The notes under the pieces: generated by a model
What the model saw: the letters and a program-made list of their open reading frames with translations, nothing else
What the model was told of the DNA's origin: nothing
Databases searched by the model: none
Position numbers and translations under genes: made by a program
Part shown: positions 55,590-64,000 of the stretch, in pieces
Layout: the number at the start of each line of letters is the position of its first letter
Position numbering within the stretch: position 1 is the first letter of the stretch
IMG/VR virus record: IMGVR_UViG_3300017963_000231
Coordinates: 22,829-86,828 of that record
DNA from: a virus
DNA: 64,000 bases
Direction: 5' to 3' (one strand)

Positions 55590-57211
55590 TGGGTGTTTAT
55601 GCAACTGACGTTATAATTCGGCGGGGGATGGAAGGCCCTCAATTGGTACTCTCGTGGACCAATTCTGACGATGCTGGCCTTACGGCAGTGCAAATTCGGA
55701 GAGGTACAAACGGTTACCCTGAATCCATTACGGACGGGATTCAGGTCTATCTTGATAGTTCTCCGGTGGTGAGCGGGGACGATTCTTATGCTGATGTAGC
55801 CGTATCGGGGCAAGTAACGTATTACTATACAATTTTCACGCAAGTTACGGGGGTCTGGTATCATAAGTTTAGTACGCAAAAAAGGGAGTTCCCTCTTGAT
55901 GGTCGGGATTTTCATCTCCGTCTTTGGGAAAGCCTCCCGGCCATCTATCGAAAGCAGGATGAAACTACCAATCAACAAACTCTGACTACTCAGATGGTGG
56001 ATGATGAGTGGTGGAACTATTGGGAAGATCAACTGAAACAATATGGACAGTTGTATCGGTTTCTTAAGATATTTGGTATTCAGTTCGGGGGGATAAGGGA
56101 ACTAATCAAGTATTTTACGGTGTTTTATGATGTGTATAATGTTCGAGATGACCTTCTTCCTTACCTTGCCAATCTGATTGGGGCGAAGATTCTCAGAGGA
56201 GTGTCTCTTCAGAGGCAGAGGTTCCTTATCGCGAATGCGGTAGAGCTTTTTAAGATTCGAGGGACCATTGCCGGGATCGAGCGTTTTGCCGAGGGTAATT
56301 TTCAAACGGAAGTTCTCATTCAGGAATTCGCTTATGATATACTTGAATCCAATCGTGTGGATCGAACTTCCGTAGCCGATGATGACATAGTTCTGAATAA
56401 CTGGAATAGCCCTTGGAACACAATTGATTATGTAGTGGATGGGAGGCAAGGGGAGCAGTGGAGCTATCGAACTATCGGGCTTTATTTTGATGATTGTCTT
56501 GATACTGACATTACTCAGGATATGCTTGATCTTGCCGAGGAGTTCTTTTCAGACTTTTTACCGGGGACCGGGGCATGGTATGCCTTTACTCATTGGGATT
56601 CTCTTTGGTCGGATGAGTTTGTGAATTTCTCCAACTGGACGGAAACGGATCCATCCTCTTCACTTAATGTTGTATCGGAGCAAGCGGTTTTTCTTGTGGC
56701 TAATGGGGCTGGCCCGGCGACTTCTTCTTTGAATCGTGCTCCTGGAATCACGGGGGCAAATGAGTTTGCCCTTGACCTTCCTTTGATGGATTTGATATGG
56801 CCAACAACGGTGACGGGCAGTGATGCTTATGTTGAGATTCGAGCTTCTTGGGGTATTCATTATGTCGCTATTCGACTTTCTTTGATGACTACTGGAGAGA
56901 ATCGCTATTCAGTGATTTACTCTAATTCTGGCGGATCAGGGACGGTGGACTTGGATTTGAGCAGTGCGCCGGATACGGCTCGTTTGAGACTTGAGAGGGG
57001 GCCAAACGGTTTGATTCGAGGTCTTGGGGATGTTGATGAAATAAGAACTATCGTACATCAACTTATTCATTCGGATTATACAAGTGCTCCTACCGATGTT
57101 AAACTGGAATGGAGCGTAGGGACCAACTCAGGTAACTTCCAAGCGAAGTCAGATTGGTTCAAACAATGGGAAGCCCTTGCAGGAGCAACTTGGGTACAAG
57201 TCTATCCGTAG
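55589..57211 (+). CDS. Baseplate/tail protein (P2 gpI-like with extra beta domains)
   Basis: LPAIYR..D, LLPYLANLIG and FKIRGTIAGI. Confidence 0.8.
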   Translation: MGVYATDVIIRRGMEGPQLVLSWTNSDDAGLTAVQIRRGTNGYPESITDGIQVYLDSSPVVSGDDSYADVAVSGQVTYYYTIFTQVTGVWYHKFSTQKREFPLDGRDFHLRLWESLPAIYRKQDETTNQQTLTTQMVDDEWWNYWEDQLKQYGQLYRFLKIFGIQFGGIRELIKYFTVFYDVYNVRDDLLPYLANLIGAKILRGVSLQRQRFLIANAVELFKIRGTIAGIERFAEGNFQTEVLIQEFAYDILESNRVDRTSVADDDIVLNNWNSPWNTIDYVVDGRQGEQWSYRTIGLYFDDCLDTDITQDMLDLAEEFFSDFLPGTGAWYAFTHWDSLWSDEFVNFSNWTETDPSSSLNVVSEQAVFLVANGAGPATSSLNRAPGITGANEFALDLPLMDLIWPTTVTGSDAYVEIRASWGIHYVAIRLSLMTTGENRYSVIYSNSGGSGTVDLDLSSAPDTARLRLERGPNGLIRGLGDVDEIRTIVHQLIHSDYTSAPTDVKLEWSVGTNSGNFQAKSDWFKQWEALAGATWVQVYP

Positions 57212-57220
57212 GAGGATGTC

Positions 57221-60190
57221 ATGGCTGGAAGAACTGGAAGTTATTTTGTCAATATTTTCGCTGAGTCGAAGAGGTATCTCGGGAATTTACTTCAACAAGG
57301 AAAGCCTCTTGTGGACGGGGATTGGAACGATCAATCCGAGAATGAGCAGAAACTCACGCAACGTCCTTTCCAGAAGATGGGGGATCGATTTTATAGTGAT
57401 TCTTTCAAGATTCTCGGGCAAGGGTCCGGTAGTTATTCTGGACCTGACACTTTTAAGATCGATGGCCTCAGTGGGTCTATCGGAGATCCGGAAACATGGG
57501 GCTGGGGATGGATCGGCGGATTACCTGTACGTCTAACCGATGACTGGCTTTATTGGAATGATGCAACGGGTTCATCGTTTGTGGCTTATACCGATCAACA
57601 CCTTGATGAGATGTTCCATCGCTCGTACAATTTGCAGGATTTGGGGAGTAATATTTGGAGGGTGACGGATACATCAGTAGCCTATAAGGCCGGGGAGCTT
57701 GTGGGAAGGACGATCTATCCGAATGCTAAGGATAACTCAGTGAGTGGTGCGCCGGATGGCTACACGATTGTTGCGAATACTGCGAACACCATTGATTTTG
57801 ACACAACTACGGGAGCATCCACAACTCCTCCGGCTTCGGCAGGAGACTATTACATCATTGGGTTAACAACTCCGGCTCCTACTACAACTCGGGATGACGA
57901 AATCTATTTGGATATTCATATTGAGGAATGGAATGGGACGGAAGATTCTGATTTGATCATGCCTATCGGCCCTGGAATTGAGTGTATGAGGCGATTGAAG
58001 CTGGTACAACTTGTTCATGTGATTGAGGACGTTTCAACTCACGGCTCGATGCCAGCGAATTACGTGGATGTTGATGGGAATCAGCATTATACCGTTCTCT
58101 TGGCTTCAATGACGCGAGATGACACCGGAAATATTCCGGACTCTATTTTGACAGATGAACGAGATCCGTGGTTTGGGTCCGGACCTGAAGTGGAAACTGC
58201 AAGGGGGTTGATGAATCAGCTTGAGGAGAGGATTTACCGGACCTACGATCCTGGAACGGGGCTTCCAGTGACGGATGGAGTGATCTTGCCGGACGGTACT
58301 TTGAATCCGCTTGCCGTCGGGGCGGCGATTGACCACGATGATCTTGCGGATATGCCTGATACGGCGGGGTCTCCGGCATTGGCCAACTCTGACCATGATG
58401 CTCGGTATGGTGATGTGACCTATTCGAGTGGACCGGCGGGAGGGCCGAATGATTCAGTGGTTGACGCGGAATCTCATCGTGATGCTATCAACCGCCTTGA
58501 TCAGAATAAGGCTCGGTTACACGGACAGTTGCAGGATGCCGCTTGGAACGCGGTGACTGATCATGATGCTCGATATGGGGGTCTTACTTATTCCGGTGAG
58601 ACTCCAAGTGCCGCGTCTCCTGGAAATGATGTGGTAGCAGATAACGATTCTCATGGGGAAGCCATCAAGGCTTTGGATAGTGCCGTTGGGGATCTTCAAG
58701 AAAATAATCGTCCTAATTTCGTTTCAGCTTTTGAGCAACTTTTTGGGGATGCAGGAGCAGGGAATCTCGTGGTCTCTTCGGATACTGATCTTGGGGCAGT
58801 GCAAGCCGTAGAATATGATAACCTGACCATTAATTCAGGGTTCGAGCTTACGGCTGATGGTCCATGGCTTCATATCGCGGTCAAAGATACTCTGACTATT
58901 CAAACGGGTGGTAGAATTCATCTTCGAGGGGCTGATGGAGGAGATGGCCCGGCAGGGGCTACTCCCGGTGCCGGAGCTATTGGAAAAGGATCGGATGGGG
59001 GCGATGGGGCAGGAGGTGGATTGCAATCAAAAGGCGGTCTTTCCGAATCTCCTTTTGGGAAAGCCGGTAACGATGCTGATGGTACTACTGCGATAGGGAA
59101 CGGTGGAAGTGCTTTTGGGTATGGGTTGGTATTTTCCGGTGGCGGGGGGTCGGGGGGATCAGATAACTCGGCTTCCGGCGGCGGTGGTGCTGGGGGAGGT
59201 GCCGGTGCGAATGGTATTACGGGAGGAGTAGACCTGGACGGGCTTGATGGTGAAAGTGCATTAGGTACTGACTTTGAGACTACAACCCCTATTTTCGATA
59301 AGACTACGGGAAGGGTGATTGCATCGAAGCAGTTTCGTGATACTACCGTAGCGTCTTTTCCGTTAACCGTGAATAAGGGAGATATCCTTTGGGTTATAGG
59401 TAATGCTAATGCTGGATACTACACCGTTGATTATGCTACTGGAAATGATGTTTATATCAATGAAACTTTCCCTTCGACGGGGACAACGGGGGAGCGTTAT
59501 TTGATTTTCCGTCGTTCTCAGGAAATGACTCTCACACAACTCAAGGGGTTACATCGTTTTGTGATTTCCGGCGGACATCTTGGAATAGGTGGCGGTGGTT
59601 CCGGGGGAGCTAGTTCTTTACCGGGTAATGGTTGTGGAGGTGGTGGTGCTGGAGGAGGTGGAATTTACATCGAGGCGAAAAATGTGGTATTTCCCACGGG
59701 TTATTTATTGACGGGATCGACGGGAAGTTGCTTGGCAAACGCTATTTTTCAGGATTTATCTGCCACTTTCCAGACGAATAAGGTGAAAAGAGGAGATATT
59801 TTAGAGATATACACGGCTTCTCCGGCTGATGACAATGTAGCGAAGTATCGAGTTATCGATGTTGTCAGTGAGACACAACTTTTTGTGGAATGTGATTTCA
59901 AGACGGTGACATCTGGAGTTGAGGATTGGCGTATCATTCCAATGGCGATTGACGCTTCCGGTGGTAACGGTGGAGATGGATTTCCCACCGTTCCGGGTAA
60001 TTTCGGCGGTGGTGGCGGTGGGGGCGGCGGAACCGTGTTCATTGTGGCTGACTCTCTGACTACCGTTGATGCTGAGAGGGTAGGCGTATTTGGGGGTGCA
60101 TCTAAAACCCGAGTAGCGGCTGATGTTATTGGGGGATATGGGGGGAATGGTATGAAAGCTATTCTCGATCTCTCGAATTATGATGGGTAA
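57221..60190 (+). CDS. Tail fibre protein, Gly-rich
   Basis: LLQQGKPLVDGDWN N-terminal motif, YLDIH.EE and GGGGxGG tracts. Confidence 0.8.
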   Translation: MAGRTGSYFVNIFAESKRYLGNLLQQGKPLVDGDWNDQSENEQKLTQRPFQKMGDRFYSDSFKILGQGSGSYSGPDTFKIDGLSGSIGDPETWGWGWIGGLPVRLTDDWLYWNDATGSSFVAYTDQHLDEMFHRSYNLQDLGSNIWRVTDTSVAYKAGELVGRTIYPNAKDNSVSGAPDGYTIVANTANTIDFDTTTGASTTPPASAGDYYIIGLTTPAPTTTRDDEIYLDIHIEEWNGTEDSDLIMPIGPGIECMRRLKLVQLVHVIEDVSTHGSMPANYVDVDGNQHYTVLLASMTRDDTGNIPDSILTDERDPWFGSGPEVETARGLMNQLEERIYRTYDPGTGLPVTDGVILPDGTLNPLAVGAAIDHDDLADMPDTAGSPALANSDHDARYGDVTYSSGPAGGPNDSVVDAESHRDAINRLDQNKARLHGQLQDAAWNAVTDHDARYGGLTYSGETPSAASPGNDVVADNDSHGEAIKALDSAVGDLQENNRPNFVSAFEQLFGDAGAGNLVVSSDTDLGAVQAVEYDNLTINSGFELTADGPWLHIAVKDTLTIQTGGRIHLRGADGGDGPAGATPGAGAIGKGSDGGDGAGGGLQSKGGLSESPFGKAGNDADGTTAIGNGGSAFGYGLVFSGGGGSGGSDNSASGGGGAGGGAGANGITGGVDLDGLDGESALGTDFETTTPIFDKTTGRVIASKQFRDTTVASFPLTVNKGDILWVIGNANAGYYTVDYATGNDVYINETFPSTGTTGERYLIFRRSQEMTLTQLKGLHRFVISGGHLGIGGGGSGGASSLPGNGCGGGGAGGGGIYIEAKNVVFPTGYLLTGSTGSCLANAIFQDLSATFQTNKVKRGDILEIYTASPADDNVAKYRVIDVVSETQLFVECDFKTVTSGVEDWRIIPMAIDASGGNGGDGFPTVPGNFGGGGGGGGGTVFIVADSLTTVDAERVGVFGGASKTRVAADVIGGYGGNGMKAILDLSNYDG

Positions 60191-60195
60191 TTCCC

Positions 60196-61113
60196 ATGAA
60201 TTTTCTGATGCAGTTATTGAAACGGTGGTTGGGTGAGCCCCAACCTATTGGGACAGTTGAGAAATTTGCGCAAGAAAAGGGGGATATGAAGATGCTGAAA
60301 AAAGGAGACTCCGGATCTGATGTGGTTGAACTTCAGAAAAAACTCAAAGCTCAGGGATGGTATTTTGATGGAGATACGGGCGGGAACTATGGGCCGCTTA
60401 CGGAGAATGCCGTAGAGGATTTTCAGTTTACTCACATGGGGCCTAAAGGGGAGTGGCTTGATGTTGATGGGATTGCCGGTCCCGATACCTTATGGGCTTT
60501 GGATAATCCTTCAGGCAATGCTCAACGGCATTTTATCGAGGCGATGGTTCCGGAAGGGCTGGAGGGTGCTCGTAAGGATACCCTGGAGGAGGCCCTGAAA
60601 TATTGGCGTGAGGGTGTTCATGAAGTTCCTGACGGGGCTAACTCAGGGGATGGGGTAGACCAATTCATTAAGGGCTACGGAGCCGTCCCGTGGTGCGCTC
60701 TTTTTGTATCCCATGTTGATCGGAAAGCGAACGGATCTTATGCCATCGGGAGACGTGAGGCGGGTACGGCGAACTTTTTCCGAGAAGCTAAGAAACTCGG
60801 GATATTCTTTAAGAAAGGGTCTTATCATCCCATTCCCGGTGATATGTTCATCATGCAGAATAAAGATGCGAACGGGAACTATAAGGGAACGGGACATATC
60901 GGTTTCGTCTTGGCCGTTTCGACCGATGGGAAAACTTATCAGACGATAGAAGGGAATGCTGGAAACCGGGTGAAGGTAGCGGAACGGAGTATTGATGATC
61001 CGAAATTGGAAGGTTGGATCAGGCGATACGGTGATACTCAGAATCCTCCGGCGTTCATTTGGGGGCTTTGCGGAAGGTCTGCCGGAAATATCGATAAAGG
61101 AGGAACTCGATGA
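60196..61113 (+). CDS. Endolysin: peptidoglycan-binding domain plus CHAP domain
   Basis: LKKGDSGSDVVELQ..L, DGIAGPDT; PWCALFVS, GHIGFV and TIEGN. Confidence 0.9.
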   Translation: MNFLMQLLKRWLGEPQPIGTVEKFAQEKGDMKMLKKGDSGSDVVELQKKLKAQGWYFDGDTGGNYGPLTENAVEDFQFTHMGPKGEWLDVDGIAGPDTLWALDNPSGNAQRHFIEAMVPEGLEGARKDTLEEALKYWREGVHEVPDGANSGDGVDQFIKGYGAVPWCALFVSHVDRKANGSYAIGRREAGTANFFREAKKLGIFFKKGSYHPIPGDMFIMQNKDANGNYKGTGHIGFVLAVSTDGKTYQTIEGNAGNRVKVAERSIDDPKLEGWIRRYGDTQNPPAFIWGLCGRSAGNIDKGGTR

Positions 61114-61529
61114 ACAACCACGGGTTAAGGGTAACTGTGCATAAGTGGAGGGAGTTCGTTCAAGCATGGATGCAAAAGCTCCTGGCCACCATTATATCCG
61201 CGAAAGTGATGATCACCATTGTTGTGATCGTGGTATCCTATCAATTGGCGGTGACAAAGCATACTTATGAGATCGTTCTGCAAGGGGACATGGGGCAGAG
61301 TGTGGGAAAGATTACTGCCCCTTACCTTTCCGGGGCCGATTGGGCGAACTTGATAGCTACGGTGATTGTGGCGTTCATCGGGGCTCGGGTCATGCCTCAG
61401 CTTTTGGAATCTATTGGAAATGGCGTTGGCAACGTGTTAAACTCAAATAATGGTAAGGTTAGTAGCAGTGGGGCGAAAACCCCGGAACAAGCTCGGGATA
61501 TCACTATTCCCGAAGAAGATGAGGCATAG
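61110..61529 (+). CDS. Membrane protein, candidate holin
   Basis: Two hydrophobic segments; adjacent to the endolysin. Confidence 0.55.
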   Translation: MNNHGLRVTVHKWREFVQAWMQKLLATIISAKVMITIVVIVVSYQLAVTKHTYEIVLQGDMGQSVGKITAPYLSGADWANLIATVIVAFIGARVMPQLLESIGNGVGNVLNSNNGKVSSSGAKTPEQARDITIPEEDEA

Positions 61530-61541
61530 GAGGAAAGAACA

Positions 61542-61862
61542 ATGCCAGAGGACATGGAACTTCAACAATGGTTGGTAGGGTTGGCGGAAGCTCTTGGGGC
61601 CGCTAATCAAAGTGAGGGGCAGAAGGCTCTTATCGACATGGTGGGGGCTGATGGAAACGGTGGAATCGCCCAGGTGATTGCTGATTATTCCAAGGAGAAC
61701 GGCCTTTCCATGGAAGCTCCCGAGATTCATTTTCTCGTGACCGAGGAAGTGGACGGGGTGCCTGTATCCAAGCGGGTAGGGGTCAAGATCGATGAGCATC
61801 CAATTGTGCTCGGAGTGATCTTCGGAGCAATGCTCACGCTCAGTCTCGGGATCAGTAGCTAA
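61542..61862 (+). CDS. Hypothetical protein with hydrophobic C-terminus
   Basis: RBS AGGAGG. Confidence 0.6.
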   Translation: MPEDMELQQWLVGLAEALGAANQSEGQKALIDMVGADGNGGIAQVIADYSKENGLSMEAPEIHFLVTEEVDGVPVSKRVGVKIDEHPIVLGVIFGAMLTLSLGISS

Positions 61863-61870
61863 CTCGTGGT

Positions 61871-61903
61871 GGGGCAGTGGTGGGAAAAACCTATCACTGC
61901 CCC
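61871..61903 (+). promoter_or_regulatory. Intergenic RNA hairpin
   Basis: GGGGCAGTGGTGGG-AAAAA-CCTATCACTGCCCC, 14 bp including G-U pairs. Confidence 0.55.
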
Positions 61904-61922
61904 TCTATTCGAGGAGGGTAAA

Positions 61923-62813
61923 ATGGATTACTTGATTATTGGCGGGGTATCAATAGGGGTTGTAGTAATTCTCTCAGCTATCGGGGCTTTTATCGTAGCC
62001 AAGGGGAATCCTGGCGTGGCGTTTAAGGTTTGGTTTACATGGGTAAAGAAGTATGGACAGTACGGTCTTATCTTGGCGGCTGGGATATTTGCTGGGTTGA
62101 TATCCGTAGCCTCGAAAAAAGAGATCGATGAGCAAGTGGAAGCTCGTGCTGGGGTAAATGTGAAAGCCGACTCTATCAAAGGTCAAATTGTGGAGGCCAA
62201 TGCGACGGCAAAAGCTGAAATCGCAGTAGCCAAAGCCAAGGATGAAAACAAGAAAAAGGAACTCGAAGAGATTAAAAAGATCGAGGATCCGATGGAACGG
62301 CGGAAACGTCTTACGGAAATGCTTATTCTGGCTCTTGTGGTGGGCATTTTCGTGGGTTGCGCGGCAAAGCAAGCTCAGGAGTACATATCCGCTATCCCCA
62401 AGCCTCTGGACGTATCTGAGTACGTTTCGGCGGCTGAAAAAGCCCCTGAGTTCTTTATTCCGGTGGAAGGGGGGTGTACCTTTGAGAAGCTACCTCTTCC
62501 GGCAGGGCTTTTGACTACGGAAATCGGGCAGAAGATCCAAATTTCAGGGGGTATCTTGATATCAGACTGCAAAGCCGAGCAACTGATTCTTTACCGCCAA
62601 GCGGCTGAGAAGTTTTATGTTGAACGGAATAATGTGGCTCTTGTCTATCAATCCCTGGATCAAGGATGCCGGAATATCGAAACGCTTTATCAGGAACAGT
62701 TGGAAATGGAGACCAATCCCGATTTATGGGAAAGTATCGATTTTGAGGCGGGGTTTGCGGCGGGGGCCGCTACTTGTATTGGGATTACTTACGCGGTGAA
62801 CGACGGGGAGTAA
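61923..62813 (+). CDS. Spanin-like membrane protein with internal lipobox
   Basis: N-terminal TMs, coiled coil and internal MLILALVVGIFVGC; in the lysis cluster. Confidence 0.55.
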   Translation: MDYLIIGGVSIGVVVILSAIGAFIVAKGNPGVAFKVWFTWVKKYGQYGLILAAGIFAGLISVASKKEIDEQVEARAGVNVKADSIKGQIVEANATAKAEIAVAKAKDENKKKELEEIKKIEDPMERRKRLTEMLILALVVGIFVGCAAKQAQEYISAIPKPLDVSEYVSAAEKAPEFFIPVEGGCTFEKLPLPAGLLTTEIGQKIQISGGILISDCKAEQLILYRQAAEKFYVERNNVALVYQSLDQGCRNIETLYQEQLEMETNPDLWESIDFEAGFAAGAATCIGITYAVNDGE

Positions 62814-62890
62814 CAAAACGAGCCGGTTTGTTAACATAACACCTCCCCGTCTTTAGTTTTCCCCTTGTAATTCATTGAAAAGCAAGGGGA

Positions 62891-62939
62891 AAATTTTTTT
62901 CATTTTTTCCTTGACAAACGGCTTTATAGGTGGTATTCT
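62891..62939 (+). promoter_or_regulatory. Repeated strong promoter (copy 3)
   Basis: T tracts, then TTGACA(62911)-17 nt-TATTCT. Confidence 0.85.
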
Positions 62940-63000
62940 ATATATCAAGATGGGAAATCAACACAAGGCAAACGTTAAGTTAGAAACGGAGGGAAACAAG

Positions 63001-63153
63001 ATGAAAAATAGTGATAAAGTGGTTATCGAGATTCTGGAAGGGCTCATCAAGGCGGCTGAGGAAGATACTCCTATCACGGAGTTCGGGAAAGAGTTCAAGG
63101 AAGGCAAAATCCAGGGCATGCAGACCGCTATCACGATTCTGAAGGGGGAGTAA
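63001..63153 (+). CDS. Small protein
   Basis: RBS GGAGG after the promoter. Confidence 0.7.
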   Translation: MKNSDKVVIEILEGLIKAAEEDTPITEFGKEFKEGKIQGMQTAITILKGE

Positions 63154-63154
63154 G

Positions 63155-63337
63155 ATGAAAAAAGCTGATGTAGAGAAACTGAAACTGCGGATGGGGACCT
63201 ATCTGAAACACTACAAAGCGTCATGCGATGAGTACGGAACGGAAGCGGAAAAAAGCGATAACGAACGTCGGAAAGCCGGGGCCAGTGCGATGTATAAGTT
63301 TTTCGTGGAAACTATCAAGGAATTGGAGACGAAATGA
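63155..63337 (+). CDS. Small protein
   Basis: RBS GGGGAG; tight packing. Confidence 0.65.
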   Translation: MKKADVEKLKLRMGTYLKHYKASCDEYGTEAEKSDNERRKAGASAMYKFFVETIKELETK

Positions 63338-63495
63338 GTGATCCTTCTATTGAGGCCCTTCAACGGGCTTGCCGATTCGCCGGGGAAGAGGCTAAAAGGC
63401 ATCGGGAGAAAGGTCGATATATGTTCGAGGCCAAGTCCCTGGACTTAAAATTACGGGCTCGAATCGCTCTTAAGATAGCTTACAAGCTAGGTTAA
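63334..63495 (+). CDS. Small protein (53 aa, not in the track)
   Basis: ATGA overlap; RBS GGAG. Confidence 0.55.
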   Translation: MSDPSIEALQRACRFAGEEAKRHREKGRYMFEAKSLDLKLRARIALKIAYKLG

Positions 63496-63542
63496 ATTTT
63501 TTTCATTTTTTTCTTGACAAACGGTTTTATACCTGCTATACT
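63494..63542 (+). promoter_or_regulatory. Repeated strong promoter (copy 4)
   Basis: T tracts, then TTGACA(63514)-17 nt-TATACT. Confidence 0.87.
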
Positions 63543-63600
63543 AGTTTTCAAGATGGAAGGAACATACAAAAACAAGGCAAACACAAAGAAGGAGAATAAA

Positions 63601-63999
63601 ATGAAAGACGAAATCAAAAAGGCAATCGAGATCACGGTGGAAAAGAAGGTTGAGTGGCTCCACAAGCGGGCGGAAAAGGCCATGACTCTCGGGACTCCGA
63701 TCTGGCTCAATAAGACCACGGCGATGGTCCCGACCGCGAATGAGGATGAGGAGCATTTTTACAAAGTGAACGTAACTCCGGGTCATGAGCATTGCGGATG
63801 CAAGGACTGGAAGTACCGGGGATCGGTGAACGGGATTCCTTGCAAGCATCTGATGCGGGCGATGGCCGAACGGATGGTCAAGGATCAGGAGGCTCAGGCC
63901 GAGAAGCATACTGCGGAGATCATGGCCGAGGCGGATCAGGCGGTGGAAAACGGGGAACTTCCGGCCCATATTCCGGAACATCACGAGATCAACTACTAA
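63601..63999 (+). CDS. SWIM zinc-finger protein
   Basis: YKV...HCGCKDW...PCKH; RBS AAGGAG. Confidence 0.8.
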   Translation: MKDEIKKAIEITVEKKVEWLHKRAEKAMTLGTPIWLNKTTAMVPTANEDEEHFYKVNVTPGHEHCGCKDWKYRGSVNGIPCKHLMRAMAERMVKDQEAQAEKHTAEIMAEADQAVENGELPAHIPEHHEINY

Positions 64000-64000
64000 G

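Noticed and set aside
58930-60030. GGN-rich repetitive DNA
   Set aside because: Explained by poly-Gly tracts of the tail fibre.
1-64000. Genome-wide TGA recoding (code 4 or 25)
   Set aside because: Many genes end in TGA with ATGA/GTGA overlaps to the next gene; only the site at 50292 looks like read-through.

Overview
A 64 kb segment of a tailed dsDNA phage genome with a contractile (myovirus-type) tail. All credible genes are on the + strand and use the standard bacterial code. Order: DNA methyltransferase (partial), SF2 helicase, RecA-like recombinase, nucleases, RuvC-like resolvase and SSB (1-7.5 kb); an accessory region (7.6-24.9 kb); then terminase, portal, a large protease/scaffold, capsid, neck, sheath, tube, tape measure, baseplate, tail fibre and lysis genes (24.9-62.8 kb); and the start of a probable early region. 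Four things stand out. (1) A solo Cas7/RAMP-like gene (9100-9876) is followed by a structured leader and a non-CRISPR array (10095-10572) of GAC-punctuated units built from 5-nt NNNNC blocks, a candidate phage RNA-guided system. (2) A promoter-driven, highly structured RNA candidate of about 450 nt lies at 7690-8160. (3) A Cys-rich baseplate hub gene has an in-frame UGA followed by a SECIS-like hairpin, suggesting selenocysteine. (4) Five dispersed ORFs share an MGD-(Gly)n N-terminus, the first directly after a DUF4417-like gene. All product calls are by-eye motif recognition and no database searches were run.
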